NCBI GenBank assembly: GCA_965215265.1
Contig: OZ244048.1
Coordinates: 2,848,001 to 2,912,000 of the forward strand
Reading direction: 5' to 3'
Length of the DNA: 64,000 nt
DNA from: Candidatus Poribacteria bacterium
GTDB lineage: Bacteria > Poribacteria > WGA-4E > WGA-3G
The translations under genes were made by a program, and so were the position numbers. Positions 41,008-52,715 of the stretch are shown here, in pieces. The first letter of the stretch is position 1. The number at the start of each line of letters is the position of its first letter. The notes under the pieces are model-generated. The model saw only the letters and a list, made by a program, of their open reading frames with translations, ran no database searches and was not told the origin of the DNA.

Positions 41008-42480
41008 TTAATACGCCCGAGCGAAAATTGCCTCTTCTTCTGCCCTCTGTGCGCAGACGACACATTCTCCAGTCCCGTCAGGTTGTGAGAGTGGGATGCA
41101 CCGGACAGTCGCCTGTGTCCCTGCTTTCACCGTATCTTCACATGCTGCGTCTCCACACCACCATGCGCGTGCAAAGCCGTCTTCAACAACTTCCTTGAAA
41201 GCCTCGTACGTTGAAGGTGCAAATGTATTCGCCTCACGGAATTCTGTCGTCCGTTTGAGCATGTCAGCGTGTATCGTGTCCAACATCTGATTCACTGTTT
41301 CCGGCAGGGTGTCAATTGGGACAAACGACTTGCCTTCACGCCCTGGAATATCTCGACGCGCAAGGACAACCTGATTCTTCTCAAGGTCTCGGGGGCCAAT
41401 TTCTATGCGTAACGGCACGCCTTTGAGTTCCCATTCGTTAAATCGCCACCCCGGCGAGTAGTCATGCCTGTCATCAACATGATAGCGAACCGCGTTTAAC
41501 TGCGTACAGATCGAGGAAACCGCTGTCATAACAGATTGCGTGTGCTCTGGCCGGTTTTTGGGGGTGATCGGAATGATGACGAGTTGTGTCGGGGCGAGGC
41601 GCGGTGGCAGTACTAACCCTTGGTCATCCCCGTGTGCCATGATAATCGCGCCAATCATGCGCGTGCTAACCCCCCAACTCGTTGTCCAACAGTATTGTTG
41701 CCGTTGATTCGCATCCAGATATTTAATCTCAAACGCCTTGGCGAAGTTCTGGGCGAGGTGGTGAGACGTTCCGGCTTGGAGTGCCCGCTTATCGCCCATC
41801 ATCGCCTCAATCGTGTAAGACGTTTCGGCACCGGGAAATTTTTCGCTTTCACTCTTACGTCCGGGAATGACAGGAATCGCTGCTTCATTGACAGCAAAGT
41901 CTGTGTAGAGTTGCAGGATCCGCAACGTCTCCTCTTCGGCTTCTGCGCGTGTAGCGTGTGCGGTATGCCCCTCCTGCCAGAAGAATTCCATCGTCCGCAG
42001 GAAAAGCCGTGTCCGTAACTCCCATCGTACGACGTTTGCCCATTGGTTAATGAGAACTGGCAAGTCACGATAAGACTTAATCCATTGGCTGTACATATAA
42101 CCGATGATGGTTTCTGAGGTGGGCCGAACAACAAGCGGTTCCTCTAATTTTTTACCGCCGCCGTGGGTAACAACAGCCAACTCGGGTTTGAAGCCTTCGA
42201 CGTGTTCTGCTTCCTTTTCAATAAAACTCATCGGAATAAACAGGGGGAACGCAGCGTTTTGGTGCCCGGTCGCTTTGAAACGGGTATCCAGTGCCTCCTT
42301 GACGTTCTCCCAGAGTGCATATCCGTACGGACGAACCACCATGCACCCCCGGACAGGTGCATAGTCTGCCATCTCCGCTTGGCGGATGACCTGCGTATAC
42401 CATTTTGCGTAGTCTTCACTACGAGGAACAATTTTATCAAACATGATTAAGTATTCTGTATTTCTGTTTAGTCCAGCCAT
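41008..42480 (-). CDS. proS: Proline-tRNA ligase (archaeal/eukaryotic type)
   Basis: VRPTSETII, FLRTMEFFWQEGHT, C-terminal FARAY. Confidence 0.95.
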   Translation of the reverse strand: MAGLNRNTEYLIMFDKIVPRSEDYAKWYTQVIRQAEMADYAPVRGCMVVRPYGYALWENVKEALDTRFKATGHQNAAFPLFIPMSFIEKEAEHVEGFKPELAVVTHGGGKKLEEPLVVRPTSETIIGYMYSQWIKSYRDLPVLINQWANVVRWELRTRLFLRTMEFFWQEGHTAHATRAEAEEETLRILQLYTDFAVNEAAIPVIPGRKSESEKFPGAETSYTIEAMMGDKRALQAGTSHHLAQNFAKAFEIKYLDANQRQQYCWTTSWGVSTRMIGAIIMAHGDDQGLVLPPRLAPTQLVIIPITPKNRPEHTQSVMTAVSSICTQLNAVRYHVDDRHDYSPGWRFNEWELKGVPLRIEIGPRDLEKNQVVLARRDIPGREGKSFVPIDTLPETVNQMLDTIHADMLKRTTEFREANTFAPSTYEAFKEVVEDGFARAWWCGDAACEDTVKAGTQATVRCIPLSQPDGTGECVVCAQRAEEEAIFARAY

Positions 42481-42555
42481 CCTATAGGATGAGGACTTGC
42501 GCGATTCAAGAGCGTCCAGTTTTGCACGCGTATATCCGTTATTTATCCGTTAATG

Positions 42556-43722
42556 TTATTTATCTGTTAAGGCAGTAATGCCGGGCAGCGATTTACCCTC
42601 CAAAAACTCCAAAGCAGCGCCGCCACCGGTTGAAATATGACTCATCCGGTCTGCAACCCCTGCGTTGTGGACCGCGGCAACACAGTCTCCCCCGCCAATG
42701 ATGCGAACTGCATCAGAAACCGCCGCAATCTCTCGCGCCACTGCCATCGTGCCTTTTGCGAATTTCTCAAACTCATACACACCTAAGGGCCCGTTCCAAA
42801 TCACTGTTTTAGCTTGCGCAATCCGCTTAGCAAACGCAGCAACAGTCTTGGGCCCGATATCCAATCCCATCCATCCGTCCGGCATATTCTCCCGTTCAAC
42901 TATCATAGATTCAGTATCGGGCACAAACTCCCTTCCAAGTACCGTGTCGACCGGTAGGCAGATGTTAGTTTGTTGAAGGAGGGACTTAGCAAGCGCAATG
43001 TTTGACAAATCAACGAGTGAGTTCCCGATGTTGTATCCCATTGCAGCGAAAAACGTATAAACCATCGCCCCCCCGATCAGTAGTTCGTCTACGTTTAGAA
43101 GCAGCTTCTCAATAAGAGCAATCTTGTCAGCAATCTTTGCTCCTCCCAGGATAGCGACATACGGACGTTCAGGGTTTTCAAGGCAGGTACTGAGATAATA
43201 GATTTCGCGTGCCATTAAGAGACCTGCAGCACAAGGGTTCAGATAGTGGGTTACCCCTTCTGTTGAAGCGTGCGCGCGATGCGCAGCCCCGAACGCATCG
43301 TTGATGTAAACATCTGCAAGCAGGGAGAGTTCCTGTGCAAAGTCTGCGTCGTTTTCTGTTTCCGCAGCATAAAAACGGACATTCTCAAGCAGCAGCACCT
43401 CACCGTTTTTCAACGCTGCTACACGCTTTTGAACCTTTTTACCAATACACTCACTCACATGCTGAACGCGCTGCCCAAGCCGCTGGCTCAAAACAACTGC
43501 AAGCGGTTCAGTAGAAAACTCGGGGGTTCGCCTTTCCGGGCGGCCTAAGTGGGTGACTAGGACAATTTTTGCATTCTGACGGATGAGTTCAAAGAGTGTT
43601 GGCAAAGCGGCAGTGATGCGGGTTTCATCTATAATCTTTCCATCCACCATCGGCACATTGAAGTCAACACGCACTAGAACCCGCTTACCAGTGACATCAA
43701 TATCACTTAATTCAAGTTTCAT
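42556..43722 (-). CDS. pgk: Phosphoglycerate kinase
   Basis: RVDFNVP, LLENVRF, HRAHAS, STGGGA motifs; start MKLEL at 43722. Confidence 0.96.
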   Translation of the reverse strand: MKLELSDIDVTGKRVLVRVDFNVPMVDGKIIDETRITAALPTLFELIRQNAKIVLVTHLGRPERRTPEFSTEPLAVVLSQRLGQRVQHVSECIGKKVQKRVAALKNGEVLLLENVRFYAAETENDADFAQELSLLADVYINDAFGAAHRAHASTEGVTHYLNPCAAGLLMAREIYYLSTCLENPERPYVAILGGAKIADKIALIEKLLLNVDELLIGGAMVYTFFAAMGYNIGNSLVDLSNIALAKSLLQQTNICLPVDTVLGREFVPDTESMIVERENMPDGWMGLDIGPKTVAAFAKRIAQAKTVIWNGPLGVYEFEKFAKGTMAVAREIAAVSDAVRIIGGGDCVAAVHNAGVADRMSHISTGGGAALEFLEGKSLPGITALTDK

Positions 43723-43732
43723 GCAGTTCCTC

Positions 43733-44923
43733 TTACCCACCGCTGGCGCGCGCAGCAGATACAACGAGCGATGCGGCTTCTGAAAGCCCATCTGCGGACT
43801 TAACGTTCAAATCCGAATCGGCGATAATCTGTTTGCCCAACTCCACGTTTGTCCCCTCTAATCGAACAACAAGCGGCACCTTAATCGCAACCTGCTTGCC
43901 AGCCTCAACGATACCGTTCGCAATCGTATCACATTTCATGATGCCCCCAAAAATGTTAACCAAAACGGCCTTAACCTGCTCATCGCCGAGAATCAAGCGA
44001 AAAGCGTGTGCCACAGCTTCCGTAGAGGCCCCTCCACCGACATCCAAGAAGTTTGCAGGCGCGCCTCCGTGCTGTTTGATAATGTCCATTGTCGCCATAG
44101 CGAGCCCTGCACCGTTCACCATACACCCAATATCACCATCAAGATGAATGTAACTCAATCCGGATTCGCTTGCCTCTAATTCGCGAACATCTTCCTCTGA
44201 CGGGTCGCGCATTGCAGCCAACTCTGGATGCCGCCAAAGCGCATTGTCGTCAAGGTTCACCTTAGAATCGATCATTGCAATGTCCAACCCAGTCGATGTT
44301 TTTACAATCGCCAACGGATTAATCTCTATCAAGGAACAATCACACGAGGTAAACGCACTGTACAAAGATAAGATTAGCTCTGCCGCCTTCAGAATTACTT
44401 CGCGATACGCTTCACCGGTGATAAGCTCATACGCAAACTTCCGGGCTTGAAATGGAGTCAACCCGAACGCTGGGTCAATTTGCATCCTAATAATCTTTTC
44501 AGGCGTTTCTGCCGCAACTGCTTCAATGTCAACACCGCCTTCCGCACTACCGATGAGCGCAAGCCGCGATGTTTCTCTATCAACCAAGATGGCTAGGTAG
44601 AACTCTTTCTCCAATTCTACAGCTTCAGTGACAAGCACCTTCCGGACAAGTTTTCCTTCAGGTCCAGTCTGCGGTGTGACCAGTTGCATTCCGAGGATAG
44701 CTTCCGCGCGTTCCATCACTTCCGCAGGACTTTTGGCGAGTTTGATGCCCCCACCTTTTCCACGTCCGCCTGCGTGGATTTGTGCTTTCACAACGTACGC
44801 AGAACAGTTGAGCTCACATGCTATCGCCTGAGCTTCAGCCGGAGTCGAAGCAACTCCGCCGGGGGGCGTGCTGACACCGTAAGATTGCAAAATTTCTTTA
44901 GCTTGATATTCGTGGATATTCAT
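43733..44923 (-). CDS. sucC: Succinyl-CoA synthetase beta subunit
   Basis: [28 protein letters not shown] motifs. Confidence 0.96.
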   Translation of the reverse strand: MNIHEYQAKEILQSYGVSTPPGGVASTPAEAQAIACELNCSAYVVKAQIHAGGRGKGGGIKLAKSPAEVMERAEAILGMQLVTPQTGPEGKLVRKVLVTEAVELEKEFYLAILVDRETSRLALIGSAEGGVDIEAVAAETPEKIIRMQIDPAFGLTPFQARKFAYELITGEAYREVILKAAELILSLYSAFTSCDCSLIEINPLAIVKTSTGLDIAMIDSKVNLDDNALWRHPELAAMRDPSEEDVRELEASESGLSYIHLDGDIGCMVNGAGLAMATMDIIKQHGGAPANFLDVGGGASTEAVAHAFRLILGDEQVKAVLVNIFGGIMKCDTIANGIVEAGKQVAIKVPLVVRLEGTNVELGKQIIADSDLNVKSADGLSEAASLVVSAARASGG

Positions 44924-45503
44924 TATCTTTTCGGGTAATTGGATTATGAACCATGAAGGTTCAGCTGCGATATTCTTATAAAGTGTGGCCTTTTTTTAGA
45001 AATTATACTATATACCAACGCTGATTGCAAATTTTTCTCAAAATGCCAATAGAGCTTCTTTTTCTTTCGCGAGTGTTCCTATAGTCGAGCAAACTCCGGA
45101 TTGCGATACGCCCTTCTTTCGCATCAAGGTCGGTATTCGAGCGATTCATCGTCCATCCAGCGTGGGATGAATCTCCAGCCTGCGATCGCCTTTTCAGGGC
45201 TGTGCGATCGAGTTTCGTATAGAGATACGTCATTGTCTCAATTAGAAGTTTCAGAATTTAGATATGGACAGGATAAGAGCGGTTTATGTCGTCATGTATT
45301 CTATAAACATTGCGTGTTGCCTCGAAAAGCAAGATAGTAGCGAGCTCTAGCTCGTGATACGCCGCTTGGCTCCCCGAGAAGCCCATACGCGCTTCCCTGG
45401 ATTCTGATTCTGCGCGTTCACCATTGCTTCGGGACTAGATGTTTTACATAAAACCCGATAGCACAAGTATTTCATCGATCGAGGCGCTATCACATAAATA
45501 CGC

Positions 45504-45596
45504 AATAATTGTCCAAAACTGAATGCAGATTAGCAAATAATTGTCCAAATTTTCAGTAAAAAGAGATTGACAATCTATGCCATAACTTGGTATAAT
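45504..45596 (+). promoter_or_regulatory. sigma70 promoter with upstream 14-bp direct repeat
   Basis: aataattgtccaaa at 45504 and 45536; TTGACA(45567)-18nt-TATAAT(45591). Confidence 0.65.
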
Positions 45597-45690
45597 CTTA
45601 TTGCAATGCAAGCATATTTGAAGGCAGACCCGAAAAAAACTCGCGCAGCGTTAAAACGCTAAGTTAGTTTACAATACAAAGAGATAAAAA

Positions 45691-46521
45691 ATGAAACTCT
45701 CTTGTCTTCCTGTTTCACTGTACAACGACATTTTCACAGGGAAACGCACCGTGCTCGATTGGATCCAGTTGGGTTCAGAACTCGGGCTGGATGGTGTAGA
45801 TTTTAGCATCAAATTCTTTTCACACGGCGATGCGAAAACACTAAATCAAACGTGCGATGCCCTCCAAAGATATGGAATAACTCCGTGCATGCTCGCTTGT
45901 TATTCCGATTTCACGCACCCCGATTCGACACAACGCGAGGCAGAACTTAGACAACTCAAGTCAGACATCGCATTGGCGAAAGAATTAGACGCGAAATTCG
46001 TGCGAATTACTGCTGGGCAAAAACATCCGGGTATCCGTCGCACCGAAGCCATCCAATGGGTAATCGAAGGATTTCGGCTCGCGCTTGACGAAGCCGACCG
46101 TCACAGCATCACTCTCGCTTATGAAAACCACACCAAAGGTGCACCGTGGCAATATTGGGATTTCTCACAACGGACAGAGATTTTCCTCCAGATCGTGGAT
46201 GCCCTCTCGGACACGCCGCTTGGCATCTGCTTTGACACAGCCAACCCACTCGTCCTAGATGAAGATGTCCTCGCACTCCTTGACAAAGTCATCGAACGGA
46301 TTGTGGTGCTTCACATTTTCGATCTGCGCAAAGTTGGTGTCTTTGAACCTGTGCGTGTAGGTACTGGAGCATCACCGATTCCACAAATCCTCGCCCGAAT
46401 GATAGCATCAAACTATGATGGCTGGCTTAGTATTGAAGAAGCCAGCAATTTAGGACATGAGGGTTTTACCGAATCTATCGCGTTCGTTAAAGCAGCATGG
46501 CAAAACGCATTATCCGCGTGA
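45691..46521 (+). CDS. Sugar phosphate isomerase/epimerase (xylose isomerase-like TIM barrel)
   Basis: LAYENH, CFDTAN, YDGWLSIEE motifs. Confidence 0.85.
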   Translation: MKLSCLPVSLYNDIFTGKRTVLDWIQLGSELGLDGVDFSIKFFSHGDAKTLNQTCDALQRYGITPCMLACYSDFTHPDSTQREAELRQLKSDIALAKELDAKFVRITAGQKHPGIRRTEAIQWVIEGFRLALDEADRHSITLAYENHTKGAPWQYWDFSQRTEIFLQIVDALSDTPLGICFDTANPLVLDEDVLALLDKVIERIVVLHIFDLRKVGVFEPVRVGTGASPIPQILARMIASNYDGWLSIEEASNLGHEGFTESIAFVKAAWQNALSA

Positions 46522-47367
46522 CGGTTCACTCATCCGCTTCTGCGCCTGCTGTGACAGCGCCGCAAGATGCCCATCGTTTGCCCTCACCTGTTCAAGGTGT
46601 ATCTGCCGTTCTGGAGTCGCCGTGCGTACCATCTTCTCTCCATATTTCCGGTCAATCCAGAACCGTGCAGAACCAGCAATGTAGGCTTGCAGCGCATCTA
46701 GCTTCTCATCAGGATACCGCTCACAGAGATTTATCGTGAACATACGCCGCCGGGTGCCACCGCCGAAAGCAGCGTGCTTGGTGTTATGGTTAAACAAGAC
46801 TAGATCGCCGGGGGTTGTCTCAAACACCATGGCAGGTAAATCTTTCCCAGCTATTTCCCATATCTCTTGGCTCTTCGCGATCTGCCGTGAGAGTGCATCG
46901 GCGTAGTTATCGCTGAACAGATGGCTCCCTGGAATGACACGTAGTGCCCCCGTTTCACACGTGAGCGGATCGAGGTAGAAGGCAATCTTAATGTGCATCG
47001 GATCTTCGAGTTTATGCCCACCGTCCGAGTGCCATCCGGTATCACCTACGTAGAAATTGCCGTCGCTACCCATGTAGTTGAAATCATCACCGAGCAGCCC
47101 CTTGGCAATCGCCAGAATACGCGGATCGTCAAGCAGAGAACACAATTCCTCACTCTGATCTATGAACGGCACAATGCACGAACGCGCTGTCCCTTCGTGC
47201 GGTTTACCGTTATGCCCACCGCCACGCTCGGACCAGACAGCTTCAAACGCCTCCTGAATCTTTCCAATCCGGTCTGCCATTAACTGTGGAAAACTGAGAT
47301 ACCCGAACGTCTTGAAAAAACTAATCTCTGAATCAGTAAGGGTGAAGTTATGTTGATTCATCTCCAC
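46510..47367 (-). CDS. PhyH family Fe(II)/2OG oxygenase
   Basis: WHSD, GALRVIPGSH, PGDLVLF..H motifs. Confidence 0.88.
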   Translation of the reverse strand: MEMNQHNFTLTDSEISFFKTFGYLSFPQLMADRIGKIQEAFEAVWSERGGGHNGKPHEGTARSCIVPFIDQSEELCSLLDDPRILAIAKGLLGDDFNYMGSDGNFYVGDTGWHSDGGHKLEDPMHIKIAFYLDPLTCETGALRVIPGSHLFSDNYADALSRQIAKSQEIWEIAGKDLPAMVFETTPGDLVLFNHNTKHAAFGGGTRRRMFTINLCERYPDEKLDALQAYIAGSARFWIDRKYGEKMVRTATPERQIHLEQVRANDGHLAALSQQAQKRMSEPSRG

Positions 47368-47460
47368 GTCCCTCCTTTAAAATTGATACCTGTATTGTAT
47401 CATATCTATCATTAATTTCCTAATTCTACGTCCTAAACAGACATACGCAGCAAAATATTT

Positions 47461-47489
47461 TTGACAAAAGGCTGAAATTACATTATAAT
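47461..47489 (+). promoter_or_regulatory. sigma70 promoter
   Basis: TTGACA-17nt-TATAAT about 340 nt upstream of uvrB. Confidence 0.65.
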
Positions 47490-47830
47490 ACGATTTGTGC
47501 TAGTTCGTTTTTTTCTGTTATCTACTATTTGAGAGATTGACGGTTTGATTGACTCTGAATTAGAGTATCCGTTAGCAGCAGCGGTGCCACAGAAAAATAA
47601 ACCACGTACCTTTCAGAACGTTGCCGGTGTTTGCCAGAACATCAGGAAAACGCTTTATGAGACTGAATTTCCAAAAGCAGCGGCGCGCTGGCTTCCATCC
47701 GCCGCTGCCTTGATAGCGGATTCTCACGATTGCTTGGTGCCTTGAACTCACTAGAAAGATGAGTGAACTCGCAGGCGATAAGTTTATCTAAGCAGTCCTC
47801 AGCACCCTAGAGAAAAAAAGGAATACAAGG

Positions 47831-49870
47831 ATGCGAGAAAAAATAAAGCACATTGTCAATGACAGTGGAGAACTATCGTTTTCCCCATTTGAGCTCCTTT
47901 CGGATTTCACGCCACAAGGCGATCAGCCGCAAGCGATAGCTAAGCTCACAGACGGGCTCCAGCAGGACGAAAGGGCGCAAACGCTTCTCGGTGTGACAGG
48001 TTCTGGGAAAACCTATACGATGGCGAATTTGATTCAGAACGTTCAACGTCCAACGCTTATCATTTCCCCGAATAAGACACTCGCTGCACAACTTTACAAT
48101 GAATTCCGCACATTTTTCCCAAATAATGCTGTGCACTACTTCGTCAGTGATTACGAGTACTACCAACCGGAGGCGTACATTCCATCAACAGACACATATA
48201 TTGAGAAGGATGTTCGGATTAACGAGGAGATTACGCGGATGCGGCTCGCCTCAACGGCATCCTTAATGTCGCGTCGTGATGTGATTATTGTCGCCAGTGT
48301 CTCTTGTCTATACGGGCTCGGCTCTCCAGATGAATTTGATGGACAGAAAATTGACGTTGAAATAGGGCAGATTATCCGCCGAGACCGTTTCCTGCGGGAG
48401 TTGGTGGATATCCAGTATGCACGCAACGATGTTGAATTCTGGCAAGGCACGTTCCGTGCACGCGGTGATGTAATAGAGGTGTTTCCTGCCTACGCGGAAA
48501 GCGCGTATCGCATTGAATTATTCGGTGACGAAGTGGATAGAATCTCCCAAATTGACACGACAACCGGCGAGGTCGTTGCAAAATTGGATTCCGTAGAGAT
48601 TTATCCTGCGAAACATTTCATGACCGATGCGGAAATCTTTGACGAGGCGTTGATTAACATTGAGCTTGAACTTCAAGAACGGATTGAAGAATTTAAGAGC
48701 GAGAACAAACTCTTGGAAGCACAACGGATTGAACAACGCACCCGTTTTGACTTGGAAATGCTAAGGGAGGTCGGGTATTGCTCAGGTATTGAAAACTACT
48801 CGCGCCACCTTTCTGGATTACAACCCGGCGAGCCCCCCTACTGTCTCATCAACTACTTTCCGGAGGATTTTCTGCTGTTTATTGATGAGTCGCATGTAAC
48901 TATTCCGCAATTGCGGGGCATGTATCGCGGCGACCGGTCGCGAAAGGAGACACTCGTCAATTATGGGTTTCGTCTACCTTCAGCGTTAGATAACCGTCCG
49001 CTCCGGTTTGAAGAAGTCGAAGCATGTTTTAACCACGTTATCTTCGTTTCGGCGACACCAGGCACGTATGAAATAGAAAACAGCAGTCGAATCGTTGAGC
49101 AGCTGATCCGTCCTACTGGATTAATAGACCCAGAAATTATTATCCATCCTGTGAAAGGTCAGATCGACCATCTCATTGGAAAAATTAGAGAACGTGTGAA
49201 GCAGAAACAGCGGGTCCTGGTAACAACCTTGACGAAAAGAATGGCAGAAGATTTAACGGAATACTTTACTGAGGCAGGTGTCCGCGCTAATTATATGCAT
49301 TCTGAAATTGATGTATTCGATCGTGCTAGAATTCTCCGTGAACTTCGCGAAGGCGTATTTGATGTGCTTGTAGGTATCAACCTGCTTCGCGAAGGACTTG
49401 ACCTGCCGGAAGTCTCACTCGTTGCAATTTTAGATGCTGACAGACCTGGATTTCTCAGGTCGGTGAAATCATTGGTGCAAACTGCCGGACGCGCTGCACG
49501 GAACGTTGATGGCGAAGTGCTTCTATACGGTGATAGCATGACTGACGCAATGAAAGAGGCAATAAAGGAAACCAGCCGACGGCGGGACGCACAGATGAAA
49601 TATAACACCGAGCACAATATCACACCAGCGACGATTGAAAAAGCAATTCAAGAATTAATCTCTGAATCAACGGTTGAATACGAAGCGAAGAAAAAACCGA
49701 GTCAACCTGTTACTGTTGCTGAGGACGCGGAACGTGAAGACATTGAATCCATGATTGCAGAATTAACTCGACAGATGCAAAAAGCCGCAATGAATCTAGA
49801 ATTTGAGGAAGCTGCTGCACTTCGCGACCAGATTGTAGAACTTCAGAATGAGATAACCGAGGCATCATGA
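47831..49870 (+). CDS. uvrB: Excinuclease ABC subunit B
   Basis: LGVTGSGKT, YYQPEAY, IDESH, FEEAAALRD motifs. Confidence 0.97.
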   Translation: MREKIKHIVNDSGELSFSPFELLSDFTPQGDQPQAIAKLTDGLQQDERAQTLLGVTGSGKTYTMANLIQNVQRPTLIISPNKTLAAQLYNEFRTFFPNNAVHYFVSDYEYYQPEAYIPSTDTYIEKDVRINEEITRMRLASTASLMSRRDVIIVASVSCLYGLGSPDEFDGQKIDVEIGQIIRRDRFLRELVDIQYARNDVEFWQGTFRARGDVIEVFPAYAESAYRIELFGDEVDRISQIDTTTGEVVAKLDSVEIYPAKHFMTDAEIFDEALINIELELQERIEEFKSENKLLEAQRIEQRTRFDLEMLREVGYCSGIENYSRHLSGLQPGEPPYCLINYFPEDFLLFIDESHVTIPQLRGMYRGDRSRKETLVNYGFRLPSALDNRPLRFEEVEACFNHVIFVSATPGTYEIENSSRIVEQLIRPTGLIDPEIIIHPVKGQIDHLIGKIRERVKQKQRVLVTTLTKRMAEDLTEYFTEAGVRANYMHSEIDVFDRARILRELREGVFDVLVGINLLREGLDLPEVSLVAILDADRPGFLRSVKSLVQTAGRAARNVDGEVLLYGDSMTDAMKEAIKETSRRRDAQMKYNTEHNITPATIEKAIQELISESTVEYEAKKKPSQPVTVAEDAEREDIESMIAELTRQMQKAAMNLEFEEAAALRDQIVELQNEITEAS

Positions 49871-49883
49871 AAGTAACCTATGT

Positions 49884-50612
49884 TTGCATAGATGCAGTGG
49901 GACTAACCACAAAAGGCAGAAAAAAATGAAACGTTTCTTGCAACTCAGCCGTCCAATAATCTCTACTGTCGATATGAGTCGTGTTGTGATTCTAACGTCA
50001 GCGTTAATGTTAGGCTTACAGTCTTGTGCGCTAAGAACTGACATTCCTATGCAAGAAATGTCAGTTCTTGAAGTGACATTAGCAGTTCAGGATATCATAA
50101 ACGGCAATAGTATTGGACAAGTCATGGAGGCTTTGGCAGGAGCAGACGACGGCGGCATTGAGTGCAACGGGATGCTTTCATCGGGTGCTTTCCGCAGTAT
50201 TGGCTATTTTTTCGCAGAAGAAGACAGAGTGACTTGGAATGTTATGCCAGCGCCAGATTTCAAGGTGAATCCGACCGAAACCTCCTACTTTGTTGTTAGA
50301 ATTCGGGCCGCATCTAAAATCCTTTACGAACATTTAGAGAGCAAGGTTAAGCTGGGTGAACGTGATGCCTCAGGTCATCAGACATTCGGCGATTCGCTCG
50401 CTAGTACCTTTGTGCTTAATCTCATGAGCGCTGTTGAAAACGAAGGTTTTGAAGCGACTGTTGTGGGAATTGGGCTCGCTTACATACAAGAAAAAAAATC
50501 TACTTTTTGGCGTTCACAAGAGCGAATTAAATCTGAAAAGTCTTGGTTTGTTGCCATCCCTGATGACTCTGAAAACTCGCAAGATTATTGGCTGAGTGAC
50601 ACTAAAGAATGA
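49884..50612 (+). CDS. Hypothetical (probable lipo)protein
   Basis: Long ORF; LGLQSC lipobox-like; real start probably 49926 or 49974. Confidence 0.6.
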   Translation: MHRCSGTNHKRQKKMKRFLQLSRPIISTVDMSRVVILTSALMLGLQSCALRTDIPMQEMSVLEVTLAVQDIINGNSIGQVMEALAGADDGGIECNGMLSSGAFRSIGYFFAEEDRVTWNVMPAPDFKVNPTETSYFVVRIRAASKILYEHLESKVKLGERDASGHQTFGDSLASTFVLNLMSAVENEGFEATVVGIGLAYIQEKKSTFWRSQERIKSEKSWFVAIPDDSENSQDYWLSDTKE

Positions 50613-50715
50613 AAATAGAAGATTTCTGACTGCGAATTAAATTTCTTGCATTTAGTAACAGTCTTCTGGTACAATTGGAACATCATGAATTTTGTTTAAA
50701 AGGGAGGAATTCGCA

Positions 50716-50973
50716 ATGTTTGTTTGTGTAGCATGCGGTTATCTGTGGAAGGAAGCGGATAGTCCACCAGATGAGTGTCCGGCTTGCACTGCACCGAAGG
50801 AAAAATATATTCCGTACGATGATAAGGCTGAACGATGGGTTAAACGCGCAGTGGCGCAACATGTGATGTATCCGGACGAGGAAGGCGCGGACCTTCGCGC
50901 GGAGAATTCTGCACTTTCATCGCACGTCCGATTCGCCTTAGTCGGTTTACTTGAAGATCTCAAGAAAGCGTGA
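50716..50973 (+). CDS. Rubredoxin-like domain protein
   Basis: FVCVACGY...PDECPACTAPKEKY; GGAGG RBS. Confidence 0.8.
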   Translation: MFVCVACGYLWKEADSPPDECPACTAPKEKYIPYDDKAERWVKRAVAQHVMYPDEEGADLRAENSALSSHVRFALVGLLEDLKKA

Positions 50974-51197
50974 TAAGTAGGTGGCTTTTGTGCTGCCTAT
51001 TTTTTGCAAGGTTCCAGTAACCTTGCTTCGTCGAATCGGTGACTTCCAACTTTTGTACAAACACGGGCGGACAAGGGGATTTAATATACCTCAACCCGCC
51101 CCTTACACAAAGAAAGGAGGCGGTATTTATGTTGCCCTTTGAGTGATGTAGTACCAGACTTGCACATCATAAGGCTACAAAATGCCGCGAATATACA

Positions 51198-52715
51198 ATG
51201 AAAAAGATAACAAAATGGCTGGTGCTCCTATTATTAGTGGCTTGGCACGGCGGGGTTTCAGCACAAAATTTGGCGGATCGGGTAGTAGAGCATACCTACC
51301 CGAACGGTTTGAAATTGCTAATGATAGAACGACATACATCGCCAACAGTCGCACCGTATCTCCTGTTTAAGGCAGGTTCTGTGGATGAAACCGACGACGC
51401 ACGTGGTATTGCACACATGCTGGAGCACATGTTGTTCAAAGGCACGAAAACAATCGGAACGAAAGACTACGAAAAAGAAAAGGTGATTCTTGCTGAGATT
51501 GACCGGATAGGGGACGCGCTGGACCTTGAACGTTCAAAAGGGGACAGAGCTGATGCTGCTAAAATAGAGAAATTAGAATCAGCACTCAAAGCACAGCAGG
51601 AAGCCGCCAAAGAGTGGATTGTTACTGGTGAATATACCGAAATTTATACCCAACACGGTAGCACGGGGTTCAACGCTGGCACCTCAGTTGACTATACGAT
51701 TTACACGGTCGAGCTGCCGTCTAATAGGTTAGAATTGTGGGCGATGTTGGAATCTGATCGGATTAAAAATGCTGTTTTACGCGAATTTTATGTGGAGCGC
51801 GAGGCTGTTAAAGAAGAACGGCGGATGCGAGTTGACACGCGTCCTGGCGGGAAACTGTATGAACAGTTTATAGCTGCTGCCTTTACCGCACATCCCTATG
51901 GTATGCCGATTATTGGATGGCCGTCAGACATCGCGATGCTCAATCGACGGAAAGCGGAGGAGTTTTTCCGCATCCACTACGCACCCAATAATTCTGTGAT
52001 GGTGATCGTCGGCGATATTAACATAGACAAAACCATCAAATTGATTGAGAAGTACTTTGGTGATATCCCCTCACAACCGCTCCCGGATGAAGTGACGGTA
52101 GATGAGCCACGACAAGAAGGCGAACGGCGAATTGAGGTAGAATTTGACGCGGAATCGCAACTGATGATTGGGTATCATAAACCTACTATACCACATTTTG
52201 ACGACTATGTGTTAGATATGATCAGTGCGATCCTTTCTGATGGGCGTACTTCCCGTTTTTACAAAAATATCGTTGAAGAGGGCATCGCTGTTTCGGCTAA
52301 TGCCATCAACGGATACCCTGGGGCTCGTTACAATAATCTATTTGTGTTAAATGCGACACCGCGTTCTCCGCACACAACAGTTGATGTTGAAGAAGTTATT
52401 TATGCACAGATGGAGAGACTTAAGACGGAACCTGTTGAAGCGAAGGAATTTAAACGCATCCTGAAACAGGTGGATGCCGGGTTCATACGTGGGCTCAGTT
52501 CAAACGCCGGGATGGCACAGCAGTTAGCCTTTTATGAAGGTATCGCTGGTGACTGGCGGTACATCCTCAATTGGCGCGAAATGATGTACAAAATCACACC
52601 GGAAGATGTGATGAAAGTGGCAAAAACTTATTTTACAAAGAGCAATCGCACCGTCGGGACACTCGTTAAGAAACAGGCGGAGCGTACTCCTGAAACTGAG
52701 GAGGTTCATGAATGA
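51198..52715 (+). CDS. M16 family Zn peptidase, catalytic subunit
   Basis: AHMLEHMLF (HxxEH), HYAPNN; signal peptide. Confidence 0.92.
   Translation: MKKITKWLVLLLLVAWHGGVSAQNLADRVVEHTYPNGLKLLMIERHTSPTVAPYLLFKAGSVDETDDARGIAHMLEHMLFKGTKTIGTKDYEKEKVILAEIDRIGDALDLERSKGDRADAAKIEKLESALKAQQEAAKEWIVTGEYTEIYTQHGSTGFNAGTSVDYTIYTVELPSNRLELWAMLESDRIKNAVLREFYVEREAVKEERRMRVDTRPGGKLYEQFIAAAFTAHPYGMPIIGWPSDIAMLNRRKAEEFFRIHYAPNNSVMVIVGDINIDKTIKLIEKYFGDIPSQPLPDEVTVDEPRQEGERRIEVEFDAESQLMIGYHKPTIPHFDDYVLDMISAILSDGRTSRFYKNIVEEGIAVSANAINGYPGARYNNLFVLNATPRSPHTTVDVEEVIYAQMERLKTEPVEAKEFKRILKQVDAGFIRGLSSNAGMAQQLAFYEGIAGDWRYILNWREMMYKITPEDVMKVAKTYFTKSNRTVGTLVKKQAERTPETEEVHE

Noticed and set aside
47545-47745. 66-aa ORF / hairpin upstream of uvrB
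   Set aside because: Weak TTG start, no motif; a single GC hairpin is not enough to call an ncRNA
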